Origin: an uncultured delta proteobacterium
Lineage (GTDB): Bacteria > Desulfobacterota > Desulfobacteria > Desulfobacterales > JAFDCJ01
Length of the DNA: 64,000 bases
NCBI GenBank assembly: GCA_963769935.1
Contig: CAVYNY010000011.1
Span: 512,001 to 576,000 of the forward strand
Direction of reading: 5' to 3'
The translations under genes and the position numbers were made by a program. A model generated the notes under the pieces. The model did not search any database and was not told the DNA's origin. It saw only the letters and a program-made list of their open reading frames with translations. How positions within the stretch are numbered: position 1 is the first letter of the stretch; every line of letters begins with the position of its first letter. Below are positions 60,360-64,000 of the stretch, in pieces.

Positions 60360-60575
60360 GAGCTGAAACCTGCAACCTTGTATGAAACTTCTTTAAATTC
60401 GATGCCATTTTTACGAAGGGCCTCACCGCTGAGAGCGCCGAGCGCGCGGAGATTAATTTAACTTTTCTTTCTCGGCGTTCTCGGCGGGCTCTGCGGTGAA
60501 CTGTTATGTTTCTTTTTCGATCAGATTGGCTGCTATTCAGGCCAGCGGTCCGCCGGAGGCGGAACACCTGACACC
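60360..60575. repeat. GAAAC/GTTTC-bounded element with internal hairpin
   Basis: cttgtatgaaact (60377) ... caccgctgagagcgccgag/ctcggcgggctctgcggtg hairpin ... gtttctttttcgatcagattggc (60508-60530). Confidence 0.75.
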
Positions 60576-60582
60576 AATCCTT

Positions 60583-62463
60583 TTACCCGCTGCCTCCATC
60601 ACCTGGCTGCTCGCTGTCCTGGGCCACCTGATTAACCGGCCAATTTTTTCTTAAATAGGTTTTGATTATTTCCCTTGCGATCGGTGCTGCGGCGCCGGAC
60701 CCGTGTTCACCGTGTTCAACCAAAACGGCGACGGCAATCTCAGGCGCTTGGGACGGCGCATACGCCACGAACCAGGCATGCGCTCTTAAATGATCCGGCA
60801 CTTCCGCTTCGGATTGGGTTTCATCCTTTTTGCGGCCGATGACCTGCGAGGTTCCGGTTTTCCCGCTGAATTCAATATCAGCCAGACTACTGCCGCGCGC
60901 GGTGCCCCGGTCGCTGTTTACGACCTCCCACAAGCCTTTTCTGACCAGTTCCAGTGCCCGCTGGGTGACGGGCACTTTGCCGGCGACCTGCGGTTCATTT
61001 TGATAAATCAGACGGCCGTCGGCGTTTCGGATCGACTCCATAATCATGGGTTTGTAGCGCGTGCCCCCGTTGGCAATCGCAGCCATCATGCCCGCCATCT
61101 GAATGGGCGTGGCCAGATTAAACCCCTGTCCGATGGCAACCGATAGGGTTTCGCCTCTCTGCCATTCAATTCCGGTGCGCTTTTTCTTCCAGGCAGCGGT
61201 TGGTATCAGGCCCCGGGCCTCATTATCCAGTTCAATCCCGGTGGGAGAACCCAGACCGAAAGCCTTTGCATACCAGGCCAGTCGATCCACTCCCAGCAGT
61301 TCACCCACCTGGTAAAAATAAACATCGCAGGATTCGGCTATTGCTTTGACAATTCCAACCTTGCCGTGCCCCCCTCTGCTCCAGCAACGATATACCCGAT
61401 TGCCGAATCTGTAATAGCCGGGACAAAAAAATTCGGTATTCTCATCAATGACACCTTCCATCAATCCGGCCACGGCGGTGATGATTTTATATGTTGAACC
61501 CGGCGGATACTCACCCTGGATGGCCTTGTTTTCCATGGGACGGAACGGGTTGGAAATCAATGCATCCCACTGCTCATGGGACATGCCGCTTATGAAGTAA
61601 TTCTGGTCAAACGAGGGACTGCTGGCCAGTGCCAGAATGCGGCCTGATGAGGGCTCCATGGCGACCACAGCCCCGGCGACCCCCTGCAGCAGCGACTCGG
61701 CCTTTTTTTGCAGCCGGTAATCAATGGTTAACTGTATATTTTGCCCGGGTTTGGCGGCAACTGTTTTTAATATCTGCACCACCTGTCCATTGGCGTTGAC
61801 CTCGACCTGGCGGCCGCCCGGTTCCCCCTGCAGAAAATTTTCAAATGCTTTTTCGGCCCCGAACTTGCCGATCAAATCCCCCCTGCGCCGTCCGGGATAT
61901 TTGCCGCTGGCAAGTTCGGCGGGATTAATTTCGCTCAGATATCCAACCAGATGCACCGCATCCTGAATGTTCAAATAATGCCGGCGCAACTTCACATTGA
62001 CCGCTATTCCGGGAAGGTCGTATTTATGCGTCTCGATGGAAGCCAGCGCGTCGCGGCCGATATCCTGCTTTAACAGGATCGGCTTGTAGGCTGAAACGCC
62101 TTTGCCGGTCGATATTTTTAACAGCAGCTCCTCGACCGGCGCATTGAGATATCCTGAAAGTTTGTTGAGGGTCTCTTCAACCGGCCGCGCATCTTTTAAA
62201 GTAACGTGGACATCAAAAGACGGCCGGTTGTCAACCAGGACATATCCGTTGCGGTCAGAAATCATTCCCCGGGGGGGATCGATATTTTGCAGCCTGATCC
62301 GGTTGTTCAGAGACAGCAGTCGGTATTCATCCCCTCGGATAACCTGCATATAAATGAGCCTTAACAGAAGTACCGCAAACGCTGCCACTAAAAATATCAT
62401 GACGCCGGTAACGCGCTGTCTGTACCAGTCGGCATCGGCTGTTTTTAAATATTTGTCGACCAT
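60583..62463 (-). CDS. mrdA: Penicillin-binding protein 2
   Basis: PPRGMISDRNG, PGSTYK (SxxK), SCDVYFY, KTGT. Confidence 0.97.
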   Translation of the reverse strand: MVDKYLKTADADWYRQRVTGVMIFLVAAFAVLLLRLIYMQVIRGDEYRLLSLNNRIRLQNIDPPRGMISDRNGYVLVDNRPSFDVHVTLKDARPVEETLNKLSGYLNAPVEELLLKISTGKGVSAYKPILLKQDIGRDALASIETHKYDLPGIAVNVKLRRHYLNIQDAVHLVGYLSEINPAELASGKYPGRRRGDLIGKFGAEKAFENFLQGEPGGRQVEVNANGQVVQILKTVAAKPGQNIQLTIDYRLQKKAESLLQGVAGAVVAMEPSSGRILALASSPSFDQNYFISGMSHEQWDALISNPFRPMENKAIQGEYPPGSTYKIITAVAGLMEGVIDENTEFFCPGYYRFGNRVYRCWSRGGHGKVGIVKAIAESCDVYFYQVGELLGVDRLAWYAKAFGLGSPTGIELDNEARGLIPTAAWKKKRTGIEWQRGETLSVAIGQGFNLATPIQMAGMMAAIANGGTRYKPMIMESIRNADGRLIYQNEPQVAGKVPVTQRALELVRKGLWEVVNSDRGTARGSSLADIEFSGKTGTSQVIGRKKDETQSEAEVPDHLRAHAWFVAYAPSQAPEIAVAVLVEHGEHGSGAAAPIAREIIKTYLRKNWPVNQVAQDSEQPGDGGSG

Positions 62464-62471
62464 GATGGTAA

Positions 62472-62677
62472 CATTGAATATTGTCGATTGAAGATTGAAT
62501 ATTTGCGGAATTCTGTCATTTTAAATTAAGCTATCGACCGGAAATCAATCCAAATTCTAGGAAAAATAAAGAGTGAAAAATTGACAGCCTTATGGGTTTT
62601 TTCGGGAAAAAACTCAAGATTATTAGTATAGACAGAATACCACCAATATTCAATCTTCAATTTTCAATCTTCAATCG
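62472..62677. repeat. ATTGAA(G/T) heptamer element with GGAATTCTGTC / GACAGAATACC cores
   Basis: attgaagattgaatatttgcggaattctgtc ... gacagaataccaccaatattcaatcttcaattttcaatcttcaat. Confidence 0.8.
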
Positions 62678-62682
62678 TCGGC

Positions 62683-63210
62683 CTAGCCCGAATCACTTTT
62701 GCGGGCATAAATCGCTTTAAATCCGAGATCCAGCTTATGGTGCATATTTCTGAAAATCATCAGGAATACGGGTCCCGTCCAGATGGCCCATAAAACCTGC
62801 ACGATGACGGTTTTGGCGGCATGGCCGGCTAATTGCTGATCCGGACCTAAAATGGTCAGGGTACCCAAAAAAATCAGGTTTTCAATCAGCACTCCGGCTG
62901 CCACAATCAGCATGATAATAAACAGGCGATTTCCGACCTGCAGCATTTTGGTGATTCCTTTAACCCCGGCAAACAGCCAGACGTAGGTCGTTAAATATAA
63001 ACCGACCGGACTCCCGGAAAGATTGTCCATGATCAACCCCAGGAAAAGCACAAAGGGCAAACTTTCGCGGACAGACCTGGAAAGTCCCAGATAGATCACA
63101 AAAGGAATCATTAGATCATAAAATCTATCCAGCAAGGGCAAAACGGGAACAACGGCGGTCTGCAGAATCAACAGAAAAAGACAGGCGCTGATGTTGAAAA
63201 AATAACTCAT
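62683..63210 (-). CDS. mreD: Rod shape-determining protein MreD
   Basis: Hydrophobic 175 aa, GLIMDNLSGSPVG; between mreC and mrdA. Confidence 0.88.
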   Translation of the reverse strand: MSYFFNISACLFLLILQTAVVPVLPLLDRFYDLMIPFVIYLGLSRSVRESLPFVLFLGLIMDNLSGSPVGLYLTTYVWLFAGVKGITKMLQVGNRLFIIMLIVAAGVLIENLIFLGTLTILGPDQQLAGHAAKTVIVQVLWAIWTGPVFLMIFRNMHHKLDLGFKAIYARKSDSG

Positions 63211-64000
63211 TGACGGCTCACGAAATCATTCTTCGGAACATCGATGACCACCAAAACTTCCTCCAGTTTTTCGAAGTCGACAAACGGTGTAATGAAGACT
63301 TCATGGAATATATCCGCATCATGTTCAATAACCTCCGACACACGCCCGATACGCAGCCCCTTCGGGTATACTCCATCCGAACCGGATGACACGATGATAT
63401 CTCCGATGCGAACATCTTTTTTGCGCAGAACATAGTCCAAACGGCATTGATCCGTTGACTCTCCTTTAATAATCCCCCTGGCCCTGGTTCTTTGCACCAG
63501 GGCATCGACCGCACTGTTGCGATCGATGATCAGCATAACCTTGGAATAGTGATTGGCAGTCTCAATCACCTGGCCGGCAATGCCTTGGGGCATTACGACC
63601 GGCAACCCTTTGGTTAAGCCGTCGGCCTTGCCTTTATCAATAATGACCGTTTTGAACCAGGTGGAAGGATCTTTGCCGATAACTTCAGCCGCCACGATCT
63701 GTTCGGTAATATTTTTCTGGAAATCTAGTAAATTGCGCAGGCGGGCATTTGCCAGCTCGGTTTCATGCCACAGGTTGCTGTTTTCAGAGGCCTGATTTAG
63801 TTCATTTCTTAAAATTTGGTTCTCCCTGGCAACCGCTACAAGTGCAAAATAGTGCTGCCAGATGTCTTTCGTGAAGCGAATCGTGCGCGTGATCAACTCC
63901 TGGAAGGGAGAGACAAATGAAATGGCAACACGCTCAAGACCAAACGACGTGTAGCGACGGCTGTTAACTGAGAGGACAATTATATTGACGGCGATCAAAA
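63207..64000 (-). CDS. mreC: Rod shape-determining protein MreC (5' end outside window)
   Basis: NARLRNLL, AEVIGKDPS, IIDKGKADG, SGSDGVYPKGLRIG, LEEVLV. Confidence 0.95.
   Translation of the reverse strand, partial: LIAVNIIVLSVNSRRYTSFGLERVAISFVSPFQELITRTIRFTKDIWQHYFALVAVARENQILRNELNQASENSNLWHETELANARLRNLLDFQKNITEQIVAAEVIGKDPSTWFKTVIIDKGKADGLTKGLPVVMPQGIAGQVIETANHYSKVMLIIDRNSAVDALVQRTRARGIIKGESTDQCRLDYVLRKKDVRIGDIIVSSGSDGVYPKGLRIGRVSEVIEHDADIFHEVFITPFVDFEKLEEVLVVIDVPKNDFVSRQ

Overview
Mostly core-genome window from a Desulfobacterota (Desulfobacterales-like deltaproteobacterium), judged from gene order and the 16S/23S genes. Housekeeping content: polar amino-acid ABC genes, smc-ftsY, hup, ligA, glyQS, recO, rodZ-like, surA-like pair, mfd, tRNA-Thr, ihfA, an NtrC-type two-component pair, a full rRNA operon, tyrS, rny, 6S RNA, zapAB, a short glmU, the atpF'FHAGDC operon, bactofilin, and rodA-mrdA-mreD-mreC. 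The standout is an accessory block at ~28.3-40.4 kb. A PAS/sigma-54 activator and a sigma-54 promoter precede an AGAT/CyrA-type amidinotransferase, ornithine carbamoyltransferase, carbamate kinase, a COG2403 protein matching the arginine synthetase (ArcE) family, and a GabT-type aminotransferase. No arginine deiminase or ArcD antiporter is present. I infer an ornithine-recycling, ATP-yielding pathway for guanidino compounds; this is untested. Next come a rhodanese/ferritin-like gene with an in-frame TGA at the catalytic Cys and a SECIS-like hairpin (probable selenoprotein), a SelD-associated-type flavoprotein and a non-canonical class III aminotransferase. Most spacers hold nested palindromic elements built from inverted 7-9-mer tandem repeats. 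Several genes, including essential glyS and tyrS, carry single-base frameshifts that are probably consensus errors. All calls are by eye from motifs; no database search was run.
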